From contig CT868541.1 of NCBI GenBank assembly GCA_000165425.1, forward strand, positions 226,096 to 290,095: a DNA stretch of 64,000 nucleotides. Direction: 5' to 3'. A program made the position numbers and the translations under genes. This DNA is from Paramecium tetraurelia (taxonomy: Eukaryota). Numbering within the stretch: the stretch's first letter is position 1; each line of letters opens with the position of its first letter. Positions 40,339 to 54,000 of this stretch are shown here, in pieces. The notes below the pieces were generated by a model, which worked only from the letters and a program-made list of their open reading frames with translations, ran no database searches and had not been told where the DNA came from.

Positions 40339-42305
40339 ATGGGTGATTTAAAAATATCAACTCTTAACCTCACTAAAAGGTACAGCAATTCTTTTTAACT
40401 GTTTCTGATGGTGCATAGTCATCGGGTCTTCAGAGGGTTTTTCATCATGCTGTTATTGTTTCATATGATTTTGTTGCTTGTGCCATGGATTGAGATCAAA
40501 ATACCAGCATGGCCAATATTAAAAATAATATTTGCAATAGGTGCTTCTTTGTGGCCATTTCCAACCTTTGACATGTTGTCTGAAGAAAACTTATACTTGA
40601 GACAAATATTAATGAAAACATTAGAGATTTCAGTGATAATGTTATATGCTATAGATTTATTGCCAAAAATTTTTATTTGGAGATAAAATGTGCTTTGGAA
40701 ATTTGTCAATATTGTCATTTTATCATAAATGATGTTTTTATTGCCTGTGTCAATAATTGCATATGATAAAGTTGCACTGCCAACCGACACCATGAAATTA
40801 CGTATATTTTCTATTAGCTTTTGTTTTGTGATTGTTTGTGAAATTCTAAGTATAAGAGAATAAAAATCATTGAGATTCTTACAAATAACACAAAGGTAAT
40901 AAGAGAAGCAAAGATAAATAAAATAAAAAATCCAGGAATTTAGTTGGTGCGAGATAGTGAAACATGATTCTCCGAATGATTGTTGGGTCGTCATTAAAGA
41001 TAAAATCTATGATGTTACTTAATTTTTATAGTATCACCCAGGGTAACTATATTCCTAAATCATTTAGCGGTAATATGATTCTTGATGGAGCAGGTGGAGA
41101 CTGCACTGCCCTTTGGTATTCTTATCATCCGAGTTATTTGACAAAATAAGAGCCCCCTTAACAGTATATGATCGGGAAGGTCAGAGATTATTAGTAATAT
41201 TATTCATACGACGATGATTTCTATTAAAACATAAAGGAAGAAGTTGAACAAAAGATTCCAAGATAGAACTGGCAAAATCATTGGGTTCTTTTTTTGAAAG
41301 GATTCCTCTGTTTGACTGGATATTTAGCATGTTTGTACTATTATGTAAATTATTGCACTTTATTGTCTGCGATATTATTAGGATTCTTCGCTGCATAAGT
41401 AAATTAGTAAATCAATAATTAGGCTGATGTTAATATTATGCATGATGGAAATCATTATGCCTTCTCGTCGAATAAAACATTATCATTTCTAGCTGGTTAT
41501 GTTTTGGATCTCACCTTTTCTACAAGTGTGGTGTACAGAAGATCTCACAATTTCGGACATCATAGTTGTGTGAACCATTTAGAACTGGATAGGGCATTTG
41601 ATACTACATTCCCATATATAAGATTGCATCCTCTTCAGCAAAGATTCTGGTATCATAAATATTAGCATTTGTACATTTGGATTATTTATACATTTGTTAA
41701 TTTCACTGATGTAATGGGAACTTTTGATGAAATGCAATGGTTCAGCAATTATCCCTGCAGAAGAGGGTATGTATCTAAATTGTAAGTATTCTTGTAAATA
41801 ATCGTCAAACTCTTATGGATTTCAATTACATTAATTTATCCTTCGATCAAATTCTCTTACAAGGTTGCCTTCGGAATGTGGTTTGTGTACAATGCAGTAC
41901 ACAGTTATAATTACGCTTTGTTCTTTTCAGTCAATCATTGGACTCTGGAGGCTGGTGTGGTGGATAACCAAAACATCAACTAAACAAATTGGGGTAAATT
42001 GTAAATCTAAAATTCTTCTAATTTTGCTCTTGATTCTTTTATTTGGACTCACCTATCTGGCGGACTTAATTATTAAGTAAGGCTAAATAGTAATTACTTA
42101 GATTGAGCATCACCTATTTCCATAGTTTGCACACACTAGACTCAAGGAAATAAAGAGCACTATTTAAGTGAAAGCTAAATAAGCCAAGATAAAGTAAGAA
42201 ATAGATAAATTTTATTCTAGTTATTTTGAGTTCCCATCATTTTTAGATGCCTTAATTAGTCACTATAAATTGTTAAAAATTTTAGGATCAAAAGATAAAA
42301 TTTGA
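40339..42305 (+). CDS. Cytochrome b5-fused front-end fatty acid desaturase with an extra N-terminal multi-TM module
   Basis: Cyt-b5 domain (CWVVIKDKIYDVTQFLQYHPGG, spliced) and His boxes HDGNH, HNFGHH and QIEHHLFP; preceded in the same frame by ~195 aa containing hydrophobic helices. Confidence 0.92.
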
Positions 42306-42338
42306 AATAATTTAATAATTAATTAATTAATAATTAGA

Positions 42339-42988
42339 AATGAAATTCATCATCGTTTTTTGTTTGATCTCTCTAGGTTAAATGAATGATTCTTATATTA
42401 ATGAAAATATTTAGCATTAATTTTAACTCTTTATAGAAAATGAAATAAACATAAAAAGTCTACTAAAATCGTTTTAAGACGAGTTTTTGGAAGTAAACAT
42501 GAAAAAGCTCAACTATTAACCTAAGCAAATGTTCATTAACAACATTTTGAGTACCCAAAAGCATACACCTTAAGGTTGTTACCAAGAATTGATATCATTA
42601 AACTCACAATCTTAACAAAATATTTTAGACTAAGACCAATTGCTTTAATAAATGGAAAGAACTGTATTATCATGCTACTAATTATAAAAATGTAAGATTT
42701 TAAGTTAGACTACTAGATTGGGATTAGGTTTAGACTTGTTTCATATAAATGAATGCATTATAGGGGAATATTGGCAAATTGGAAAAAATAAATAAACATT
42801 CATCCAATAGTTACATGGTATTACGATAATTGGTTGAGAATGTCTTATTGAAATGTCAGAGTAGCAATAATGATACGATATTAAACAATAAGTGTCAGAA
42901 TAGTTTATTGATTATCGGAGGATTGAAGGAGAATGCAGGCAACTTTGGAGAGATTTATAATGGTTTTCTTTCTAATTGTTGGATATGA
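42339..42988 (+). CDS. Hypothetical secreted protein
   Basis: Signal-peptide-like MKFIIVFCLISLG start; open code-6 frame with scattered Cys ending NCWI-TGA. Confidence 0.55.
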
Positions 42989-43010
42989 AATATTATAAAT
43001 TTAATTATTA

Positions 43011-43754
43011 ATGTCAAGAACAAATGATGAAGATTATGATTACTTATTCAAAATAGTTTTGATAGGTGAGTTTAATGAATAAAGATTTAGGTGATTCTGG
43101 AGTGGGAAAGACAAACATTTTGAAGAGATTCATTAATAATGAATTTCAACTTGAGTCGAAACCAACGATTGGAGTTGAATTCGCAACTAAGACATTTCAG
43201 CAATAAGGGAAATCAGTGAAATGCTAAATCTGGGATACTGCAGGATAGGAGAGGTAAGTTTTGTTACAAAATGATATTTTAGATTTAGAGCAATTACAAA
43301 TGCATATTATAGAGGAGCTGTGGGAGCATTTATCTGTTATGATATCACGAGAGAAATCACATTCAAAAACACAGAAAAATGGTTATCAGAGTTAAAGGAA
43401 CATGCAGATGGGAACATTGTGATTATTATGATTGGAAATAAAATAGATGCAGTTGATTCAAGGGTATGGCTATATCTTAATATAGGCTGTGAGGACAGAC
43501 GAGGCCTAAGACTATTGTGAATCGCAGAAAATAGGATTCATCGAAACTTCAGCATTGGATGGGACTAACATTGATGTTGCATTCAATAAGATTGTAGCAA
43601 GTACTCCATTCTTATGACATAAATAGATATTTTTAACACAATTGGTTCTAAAAACATTAAGAAGGTAGTTTAAATGGCAACAGAGCAAGTACTCTTGGAA
43701 AAACCAAAGGTAACGCAATCCAAATCGAAAAAGAATAGAGAAGGATGTTGTTGA
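43011..43754 (+). CDS. RAB11: Rab11-family small GTPase
   Basis: [65 protein letters not shown] and a C-terminal CC prenylation motif; four short introns. Confidence 0.93.
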
Positions 43755-43952
43755 GTATATTTCATTTATGTCTTTGATTATTTATTATAAATGCTCCCAC
43801 TATTCAATCTAAATTAAGAATCTTAAAATGTTAATTGAAGTTGATTATTATTTTTAGTTTTCAATCAATGCCTTTCTGAGTTTGATGTGAGGAACCTTTT
43901 AGAAAATACACAATTAATTATACAGCAAATTATATTAATAAATTGCTTAATT

Positions 43953-45455
43953 ATGTATTCGATTAAAACAGAACCTCAACCAATTGCAATCGTTAGTTTA
44001 CAAATGAATGATACAGATGAAGAAATAAGAGTTTATGAAGGGGAAGACGTAGAAAACATTGTTAGACTATTTTGTTAACAGCATCAATTGGGATAAGATT
44101 GTGTTCTGTATTTGGTTGATCAAATAAATCAATAATTACAAAGAGAACCTTCTCCTAGATTTGGGGATAGTTTCGGAAACAAAAACATTTCTCATCAACT
44201 TCTCTACCCTTGTCATACTTAATAGAGTGACATTGGTATTACTACGTAAGATAGTAGTGTTAATGAAAATTAGAACTCAGCTTAAAAAAGTTATGAAATA
44301 TGGTAAAAAATCATAAATTAAAAAACAGATCTGAGATAACTCAGTTCTGTAACTTAAAATACATTATTATGGAATATTCCCAGTTCAGCCAGATGTAAAC
44401 TATTTTAAATTTATTATAGCTTACAACGATAATAAAAAAGTCACAACCAATGAAAGGCTTTATCGGGATGGCTTGGATAGGTAAAAAACCAAACTGGAAT
44501 AGGCCGAATAATATAAACTCCAGAAGTCCATATTGGAACAAAAAGAATCTACTTTCTAACCTTTAATATCTCCTCGATCCAGATAAATGGCAGAGTAGAA
44601 GAAATTAAGTAGACCTGATTGTTCTATTAATAATATTGGATTTCAATTGTATTAAAAGGGTTTAGATATGAATTCAAAGAAGGAAATACATCGAATGTAA
44701 ATGTAAGAATAGGAAAGAAAATAATCTCCTTTTTAACCTAGAATCACGGACACAAGTAGAAATAATTCTCAAAATAGATCAAATACTCCAATTCATGAAA
44801 AACTCTATTGTTAAGCTAAAGAAGATAAGAAAAAGAAGGAAGACTTTTAAAATAGAGAGTTTTCTAAAATTCATCCATTCCATCCTAATTCCTCAAAAAA
44901 CCAAATTAAACAATCTACTATTTAACAAAAGAAATTCGTTGATAAATTATTCAAAGAACAAGAAGAAAAATAGAAAAGAATAGAGAAAAAAAAGTAACCT
45001 TATGATTTCTATTTATTAGACAAGAGTTCTAAATTCAAACTTAAAGTCATGTTACTTTTAAACCAACCATCAATAAAGATGCTACTTATAAGAAGGTTAG
45101 TGAAAAGAAAGAAAATGAGGATATCAAGATTGCCTTAGATTTATAGAAAATGCAATCGCGTTTATAAAGTAAGAATTCTTTTAGTCAATCTGAGACGAGA
45201 ATTTCATCACAATAAAGCTTGCAATCTTTGCTTGATTTGAAAATTTAGAGAATTTTCAATAAATTAGACAGTGATAAGGATGGATATATTAGCAAAGATA
45301 ATCTGAGTTTGGAGGAACTGGATTGTGAGACCAAGAAGATTATTGAAGTGGTTCTAAATTAAATTGAAGAAGACTCGTATACGGAGATTAATTTAAAAGG
45401 GTTTAAGAAGCTTTGTGAGATGCATCATTTGCAAGAATAATTAAATAGTTTATGA
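43953..45455 (+). CDS. Hypothetical protein with a C-terminal EF-hand
   Basis: N-terminal IRVYEGEDVENIVRLFCQQHQL module, Q-rich middle, EF-hand loop IFNKLDSDKDGYISKDNL. Confidence 0.75.
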
Positions 45456-45535
45456 ATAATTTTGGATTTTATTTATATTTATAAATCTATAAAATTGTTA
45501 TTTTTATCAAATTCATCTGTATTAATAATTTAATT

Positions 45536-46491
45536 ATGCTCTTATTTACAAATAGAAGATTATGGAGATTCGCTACTCAGAAGTATTCATGATACTTAAA
45601 CAAGAATTTATAAGGATTCCACTAAATTATCGGAAGAGGAAATATCGAAAATACTTTTTAAAGATGAAGAGCCTACTACAAACAACACCTAATAGAATCT
45701 GAATAATGAAGTTACAATCGACACCTTGTATGAGAAATCCAATATCAATGAACTATTGGACATCATTCAAAGAAAGGCCCAATAAGAAATCACTCCGAAA
45801 GAAGAACCGAAACAACCCACTAGATAAGATTTGCCATTAAAATATGGGTTACCTATTAAAAATGTGGGTTTGGATCTCACAGTGGAGAAAGTGGAGTAAT
45901 GAATTTGTGTCAATATTAATTTGCAGACCTCCCAAGACAGTGACAATGAAGATGTTTGATATTCTGAAATTGAATGAGCATACTTCTTATCAAGAGTACG
46001 AAAATGCAATATAACAATTTAAAGAAGGCTTGTATGGAAATGCAGTAAGACCTTTTTATGAAGTGAGAAACGAGATGAAAGAAACATTAAAAGAAGATGC
46101 TATACCCTATGCCTTATTGAATAACAATAAATACATGGAAGAAATTAGAGAAAACAGAGCACTCAATATCTCAATACCTGGCACAATCGAAAACGAACAT
46201 GCTCACAGATTCTTGAAGCTTAGACCTGTTGAAGAATTCAGACATACTCCATTGATTCCTATATCTGATAGACAAATGAGGGAATACCAAGAGAAGGTTG
46301 AAGCATATCACAGGAAAGGAGTGTATTTGGAAGTGTCAAGAGAATAGCTTTATTTTGCTTCATTCGTCGCAGGAATTTTGTATATTATGTTTAGAATGTT
46401 TCAATGGGTTCTTAAGAAGGAGGAAGAATAAGGTTTGCAATTTTAGAGACTCAAATTAAGGAGAATGGGAATGGCTTATGAGGTTGTTTGA
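45536..46491 (+). CDS. Hypothetical single-TM protein, possibly mitochondrial
   Basis: MLLFTNRRLWRFATQ presequence-like start; C-terminal TM LYFASFVAGILYIMF; short introns. Confidence 0.7.
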
Positions 46492-46519
46492 TATATAAAT
46501 TATAATTAGTAATTTCTTA

Positions 46520-47723
46520 ATGTATAAAATAACACCTCCTTCTCAACAAACCTACAAAGGTCCCAAATTACAGTAAAGTCGGATAAGTCAATTGTAAAAT
46601 AACGAAACTGTTACTGAAGATGTCTTGCAGAGCTCAACTGAACAATATAGAGAATAATTGGAAGAGATGCTTGATCTGAAACCAAGCATAAGGGATTTTA
46701 AGTCAAACAACAAAAACAACCAACCTGATTTGTGGAAAACTGTATAATAAATCGAAAAGAGAATGCAAGAACAAGAATAGAACTTGCAAAGAGTCAACAG
46801 CGAATAATCAGAAGAAATTAATAAATTAAAAAGTGAAATAAAATAACAGAAGTAGTTGTACGAGTAAGAAATTGAAGAAATTAAATATTCATCAAGAATT
46901 CAAAGCTAAAAACCTCAACCTTCTTATAATTCATACACTCCCAAAAATACACGCGAATACAGTTATAGAAGTATAAGCAATAATAATCTCGAAGATGTGC
47001 AAGAAAAGCATTATTTACAATAATTGGTGTAAGACTTAAAATAACAGATCTTAGTCTTACAATAAAAGAATTACTACTCTCCTATTCAAAATACAGATAA
47101 TATTTGGGAATAGAAATTTAGATAATTAGAAAAATAAAAAGAAACTGAATTGTAAATGAAGGATTAGCATCACATAGAGCGTATTCGTAATTTAGAAACC
47201 TAATTATTAAATCAAAAATAATCCTATGAAAATGAGTTATTTGCAATCAGAAAGATCTTGGATGAAAAAAGCAAAGAAGATTCTCTGATCAGACATTAAA
47301 ATTAGAAATTGCAAAAAGACTTAAACTCTTACATCAATCAAGTACAGTATTTCAATAACTTAGTTTAATTTGCTATCATAATAGATTTAATAATAAAATC
47401 AGTAAATTTAGTAATATTAAATATAAATACAGTAATTATCCAATCAATTAAATCAATAATAGCCTATTAATTAAAACCAGTAATTGATGGAATTTGCTAA
47501 TTAACTACAATCGTTAACACATCTATTAGATAAAAAGAACCAGGAATGCGAATATTATAAATAGAGATCAGCATAGAATTAGTAGCCTCTATAGTAGAAT
47601 CCGTAAATAGTATCTTATCGTTAAGCTCTAACTCCAACAAGATAAAATACTCTATAACAAAGTTCTGATTCAATTGTCTTTCCTACTTTAACTAAACAAT
47701 AAATCTTATAGCAATTTTAATGA
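46520..47723 (+). CDS. Hypothetical Gln-rich coiled-coil protein
   Basis: Long code-6 frame from MYKITPPSQQ with heptad-like E/Q/K content; 3' end approximate. Confidence 0.65.
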
Positions 47724-47744
47724 TATTAACATAAATATTAGATT

Positions 47745-48681
47745 TCATATAAAACTGTTGTATTTTTTTTATATGGGATCAGAACTGATGTCATAGGTGT
47801 AGCAATGACTTAGTGGAATTTAATTGCTTTGTTAACATTATTGAGTAGTAAAGTCATATTGACAATAATTGTATTGATTGCACAATCTTTTACTTGTGAT
47901 TTAAGAACATCTAAAATAATAGAGACCATAACTTACATTATGTTCGAGCACTGCGAATTCTACCAAGTACATTTATTAGTAGCTATACAATCATTTGGAT
48001 TGGTGAAGTAGGAACATTGTGTACATTTTCCTTTTTTTAAGAAACATCTTCTTCCATTTCTAAATGTAGGACAATCAGAATGCGTATTAAATTAGCAATC
48101 TTAACTTCTACAACTTCTAAAATCGAAAATATCTGTAGAATACATTTCCTCTTTTTCTTAATTAGAGGCTAAGTTATTAACTACATATTGACATCTTTAA
48201 TTTAATATAAATTTGAATACCTGTCTCTTGTTCTGGCGTTTCTACACTATTTGAAGTCAGTAATTTGAGAACATTTCTCTATAGCTTTACAGCGATTGTG
48301 ATACCATGCACAAAGTAATGGTTATCCTCTTTATTCGCTGCAATCAGAATAATTATCTATATCTTCGCATTTTAAGTCTTTAGTTCTCTCTCCAAATATA
48401 TCTTAATTTTGAACTCTCTTCATACACTCTCCTCCGTTCCAATAACACATAAAATTTCTATATTAACTGTTATCTCTTAAACAATCCTGTACTGTGAAGA
48501 ATTAATAACAAGAATCGTAAGATCTACTTTTGCAAGTGTTATCCCACTCACATTTTGCAAATGGATTGTTTGTATTCTCACATTATATTTAAGTTTTGAT
48601 GTTTTAGCAAGATTATCTTTATAAAATGCACTCAGTTCCACTTACTAGAACAGCAGAAAGAGCAAATAGTTGTATGATCAT
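47745..48681 (-). CDS. Secreted cysteine-periodic (mini-antigen-like) protein
   Basis: Signal peptide MIIQLFALSAVLVSG; repeated C.W....C motifs (KCEWDNTC, MCYWNGGEC, LCAWYHNRC, KCTWQNSQC) typical of Paramecium surface-antigen-type repeats; 3' end approximate. Confidence 0.75.
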
Positions 48682-48802
48682 TTAATTATTCTAACAATTC
48701 TCTTAGGGTTTGATAACAATTATAGATTTTATGCATCAATATTGATTAGTAGTCTATGTTGATTTCTATTTTATATTAATTATAAATATAAATATAAAAA
48801 AA

Positions 48803-49934
48803 ATGGAAGAATAGGAGGAATGTAGTGATTGTAAAATTATAATTGCCAAAAAAGGTAAATCTAACCATTCATCAATAGAAATGTATTGTGAGAAATGTCT
48901 GCAATAATAGATGAAAAAAGAGGAGGAGGAAGTTAAACAATTAGAAAATGAAATCAATGAATTGCAGATCCAATTAAAATAAGTCAGAGACGAAATGTAC
49001 AAAATGGAAACTAATCAAATTGAAAAGAAGAATGATAAAATAGAACTGGATGTAAATAAAATCATTAATAAACATAGAAAAAAAACTTAGATAAAGAAAT
49101 TTATTAATTAGAATAGGATGAATAGCAATAGAAGAAGGAGTTGATTAAGCTAAAAAATTCGATCCTTGAGCAAGAGCACAATGAAGACAATTTATGGGAA
49201 CACATCAATAAATTCACAAGAAAACTATATTCCTTATTTGAATCTAATTAAATTGCTGATAATAAATTATCTCAACTCAACAACGAATTAGATCGATTAA
49301 GCAAAGTATATTAAAATAATATCATCCAATTAGCTAGATGTATTAAATGATTTGTTTAAAATATCCGTTTAAGATGAAGTAGCAACTATTAATGGATTGC
49401 AAATTGGTAAGAAGGGTGAATAGCCTGTTGATTGGGATGATATCTCAGCTGGAGTTGGTCATCTTACCTTGTTACTAGTTTACTTGATGAAGAAGTTTAT
49501 GTACACCTATTAAAAGTATGGATCATAACTTTAAAGTTTATAGAATAGAATCGATAGAACTAAATGGGTCATTCTCAAAAATCAAAATCAAAGATGAATA
49601 TTAAAATACTCTATGTACCAAAACATTAAATCTATATTTGAATAATAAAACTTCGCAAAAAGATGAGGAAGAATTTAGTGATGCCTTTCTATAGTTGTAT
49701 TTCGAATTTTAATAGTTTTGTAAATATTTGTAAGATGGGGACATATTGAGAAAAAGAAAAATTAATCTAAATTTACCTTTTACAATGAATGGCATGTCTG
49801 TAGACAATAAAATACTTAGTTTGAAGTAACCAGCAGCTTAGAAATGGCAAGAATGGACTAATTCTGTCAAGAAGTTTTTAGCAAATGTCAAAGCTCTCAT
49901 TGTTGCTAATGCATAATTTGATTTATCTTTATGA
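48803..49934 (+). CDS. ATG6: Atg6/Beclin-1-like autophagy/PI3K complex subunit
   Basis: Coiled coil, then LDVLNDLFKISVQDEVATINGLQIGKKGEQPVDWDDISAGVGHLTLLL and EWTNSVKKFLANVK, matching the Beclin BARA domain (TINNFRLG...VEWNEINAAWG; QWTKALKFMLTNLK). Confidence 0.85.
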
Positions 49935-50403
49935 AATATGGTAGCATAATTATTATCATTAAAACATCATAGTAATTGTATTCAAAAATAATTTATCAAG
50001 GTAATTTTAATTTAATTGAAACAACAATAATCACTTATAAATTTCATATAATTTAATAATTGCTCCTAATCTTTCAATTTTATCTTATTTTAAGAGCTTT
50101 GTTTATCTAATAATTATTTAAATCCGATATCACCTTCATGTAAGTTTCAGATTCATTTCATATATGCAAATTCAAGGAATATGATTGTTGTCATAGCTAT
50201 TTTGTATAATAAATTATTAATCCTTGTTTATAGTATTCTACTCAGAATTTTAGTTAGATAATAAATAACATTCAAACAAATATTTTAATCTATATTATAA
50301 TTTTCTCCATAAACTAATATTTGTAGTTGGAAATCCTTTGAACTTTTTATGCAATATCTTATTTCCCTTTAAATTTAATTATTTATTAAATAAAAATTTT
50401 CTT

Positions 50404-51772
50404 ATGATCCAATAAGACGCAAAGAAGGATTAGAGACTCAAAATATTGCTTTAAGCAGATATTGAGGTAAAAACACAAATCAATTCTGATGTCAAATGGA
50501 TTAACAGAATCGTTCCATTAAAAAATAATTTGGCTTTTATTTTTTATGAGGGAGGATTTTATGAATTGTACGATATAGAAAAACAATAAATAACAGTTAC
50601 AGGAAGACTTCCTGATAAAATTAGATTTTTTCTTGAAATTTACACAAAGTAATTTTTAAAAATAATCAATAGAGTTTTGATCTATCACGATCCCACAGAT
50701 ATTTAAATCAAAATGTTAGACTTGAATACAAATTAAATCAATCCTAATTTTGTATTTAGAGCGAGTGACAAAATAGATATCAAGAGTGATGAATAAAGTA
50801 GAGAGATAATTATAGATAGTAATAATCATTCGATATTTTAGAGTTCAGAGCTTTCTTTCTTGACAGCCAAGAGAGATAGTGTAAATATTTGATAACCCAA
50901 GATTTAGAAAAGTACTACTCAAATAGTAATGTTTGCCATTTCAAAATAAGGATTCTTCCTCTTGAATATACTCCTGAAACTCACTTCGATTTAAAACCAG
51001 TAGCCTAATATGACTATCCTAATATTATTTAACAAACTGAGTTATATAGTTGGCTTGTAGACAATGAAACTTTTACTATCTATGGACAAGACAACGATAA
51101 CAATAAATCTGAAATTCTTTTTATCAAACCTCATCTATTAGAAAATGCATTTTATATTGTTCATACAGTGCATTAATGTTCATACACAATATTAAATGTG
51201 TCAAATTGGATTGGCCCTCATAAGGTGGCCATTTGGGTAAATTGTAATGATGGTACTACAAAGCCATCTATATTTTCTATTGATTTAAGAAAATATTATG
51301 ATGGTAAAAATTGGTTACCTGAAACTGAATATTAACCAACTTTGGTAATTATCTAAGCTTAAATATTACTAGGAAAGAGATGAGAATATTTAGGATAAAC
51401 CAGCAATTTTTATGGATATTTATCAATTTAATTTAGATTCTACTTATACAATTTAAATTAGATAAGTTTAAGATGATGCCATGATCTCGATCATCGATTA
51501 TTAAAATCTCTAAAAGCCAGAAATTATAAGTGAAGTTAAGGTTAATTCATTTTGGATTGATCCTGCAGTCGATCATTCTTACATTTTACTTTATAATGAT
51601 ATGTCGTAAGACTTTATTATTTACTTTTAGCATTGAAAATAAGACAGTCAAATTTACGATATTGTTTCCAGCTGATGCAAGACATTAACTATTATAAATT
51701 ATTGAAAAATAAAATATAATTGAAAAATATGGGATTAATAATGTTGAAGAGTTATTTGAATTCTATTAATGA
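50404..51772 (+). CDS. Hypothetical beta-rich (possibly beta-propeller) protein
   Basis: Long code-6 frame from MIQQDAKKD with alternating aromatic/hydrophobic strands and short introns; TGA at 51770-51772. Confidence 0.6.
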
Positions 51773-51986
51773 GCGTTACAATATTTTAAACAAATCATCA
51801 ATTTTTTCAATTTCTGTTTTGATTCTGTTTTAAATAAATTAAATTAATTTAATTTATATAACATAATGAGAATAAGTATTAATATTAAATTCATTAAATC
51901 AATAAAAAGAAGATTTGAAATATCCATATGTTTATGTATAATGATATTTATTCAGATATTTTAATACTTTCAGTCAATCATTCCCT

Positions 51987-53870
51987 TCAGTTTAATTCAG
52001 GGTATGGATGTTAGGAATTGAATTTCACAGCAGCCTCAATTTCCTTCATCACTCTTAAGACCATTTCATCTTAATTAGGCAAAGCAGCAACTTGAACATT
52101 GACAGGAAGACCTATGGCTCCTTAGAGATCTCTTTTCATAAACCTATAAACAAGATCCATTGAATTCTATTAACCTTTTATTTCCAAATCTTAATCATTT
52201 TGAACAGTTGTAATAGGTAGACAACCCACAGGGAAATCTACTACATTCCATATCCAAGTATATAATCTAAAATAAAAATAGAATAATACGCTGTAAAAGC
52301 CAATTATTTGGAACCTCCATGTTTAACAGCAGGTTATCCAAAAGCAGGACAAATTATAACATCTATTCCTTAATTAACAATAGCTTAGCAGAATTAGAAA
52401 TTTGTTTATTTTCTGATAGCTGAATCAACCAAATATTGATATACATCTACTTTAGTATTATTGTTGTATTCCAAGAGTGTTTTCTATCCAAATAACTTAA
52501 ATAACGGAGCCAAAACAAACTTCTTGATTCCCAAACAAATATTAGCATCTTGTACCAAAAGTTCATACTCCTCAATGAATTTTTAGCCATGTAAAGCTTC
52601 AATGTATGATTTCATTCCTCCATCAGCCGCCACTATTTTTAAGAAGCAATTAGCAATAATGCTTTATAATTATTAATCTACTTTAAATTCAACAATTTCA
52701 TGTCCTTAACTCTCTAATGCTTAACAAGTTTCTTTCACTGCTCTACTCATGCAAAATGGTGTTACCAAACCATTAAAAATATCAAAATATCCAACTCTTA
52801 ATTTTTACTTTTTTGGAAAATCATTTAACTCTTGAGGTTCAAAATAAGGATCTTTTATTTACATAGGAATTTTCGAATATATTTCTTTATCAAATAGAAC
52901 CTTTGTTAGAACTATCAAATCATCGACACATCTAGCAATAGGTCCTCTTGAAACTTTTAGTTCTGTAACTCCTTCAACAGCTAATGAAATCTTTGCCTCG
53001 CCATAATCTGGTATTCTTCCACTATAAGGCTTGAATCCATATACACCACAAAATGCAGCTGGTATACGAATACTACCACCTACATCTGATCCTATTCCCA
53101 ACACACTTCCTCTTGCTGCTGCCAAAGCTCCTTCTCCCCCTGAAGATCCTCCAACTGCTCTGTTAGGATTCCATGGGTTCTTTGTTCTTCCATAAACATG
53201 ATTGACTGACTCGAATGTCATGGCTACTTAAGGAACATTAGTCCTTGCTATGATTATACCTCTTGCTTATCTGATTTAAGCAACTTGTATTCCATCCTCT
53301 TAAGCAGGCTAAAAACAATTGGCTCCTAGTCCATATGTTGAATCAAAGTTTTTCTGGATAAAGGTTTCTTTGACTGAAACTGGAATACCAAACAATGGAT
53401 ATTTATTTATTATATTTTTATCTTGTTTAATTTCCTAATCTTGTATTCTAAATTAATAACCAATCTTACTTGGCTTCTTCCAATGCTTCATCAAAATTGA
53501 TTTCTGTTATGATATTTAGGTTGTCTGAACAAGCTACCTTAAGAATTCTTTCAATAAAAACTAAAACTGTTTAAAAGACAGTCATTTTCTCTTCATATAA
53601 CAATTACTTAATTTAGGCTACATTACCATTAAGTATCTATTTTTGCAGTTCTTAGCTCAATTAACATGGTTGATGATTTAATTTATAATTGTTTATGGCT
53701 TCAATTGTAGCTTATCTTTTCCTTTGACAAATTCTATCCATCTTTTTGTGTTTGATATATCCAATGAATTTACCAAAAGTCCAAAGTCCAAAACCACCAG
53801 AAAGTGCTAATGCACATCCTTTTCTAATAATGTCTCTTTTATTTTATTTTAATAAATCTTTAAATTTCAT
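51987..53870 (-). CDS. Amidase-signature family protein (FAAH-like)
   Basis: GIPVSVKE (catalytic Lys), GGSSGGEG, GSDVGGSIRIPAAFCGVYGFKP and GLPVNVQV; N-terminal hydrophobic anchor. Confidence 0.93.
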
Positions 53871-54000
53871 TTGTTAATAAATTTAATATATGATTAATAA
53901 ATCTGAAATTAATAGGAATATAAATATAATAATTTTTAAATGTGTCTCAATTAGATATATAATTTAAATAAAGATGAATATTTAGTTTTAAAAGAATTCA

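Noticed and set aside
40461..40994. 177-aa minus-strand ORF in the ORF track
   Set aside because: Antisense to the desaturase N-terminus with no recognisable motif; a shadow ORF.
48703..48712. Telomere-like TTAGGGTTTG
   Set aside because: A single imperfect unit, not a G3T3/G4T2 tandem array; no evidence of a chromosome end.
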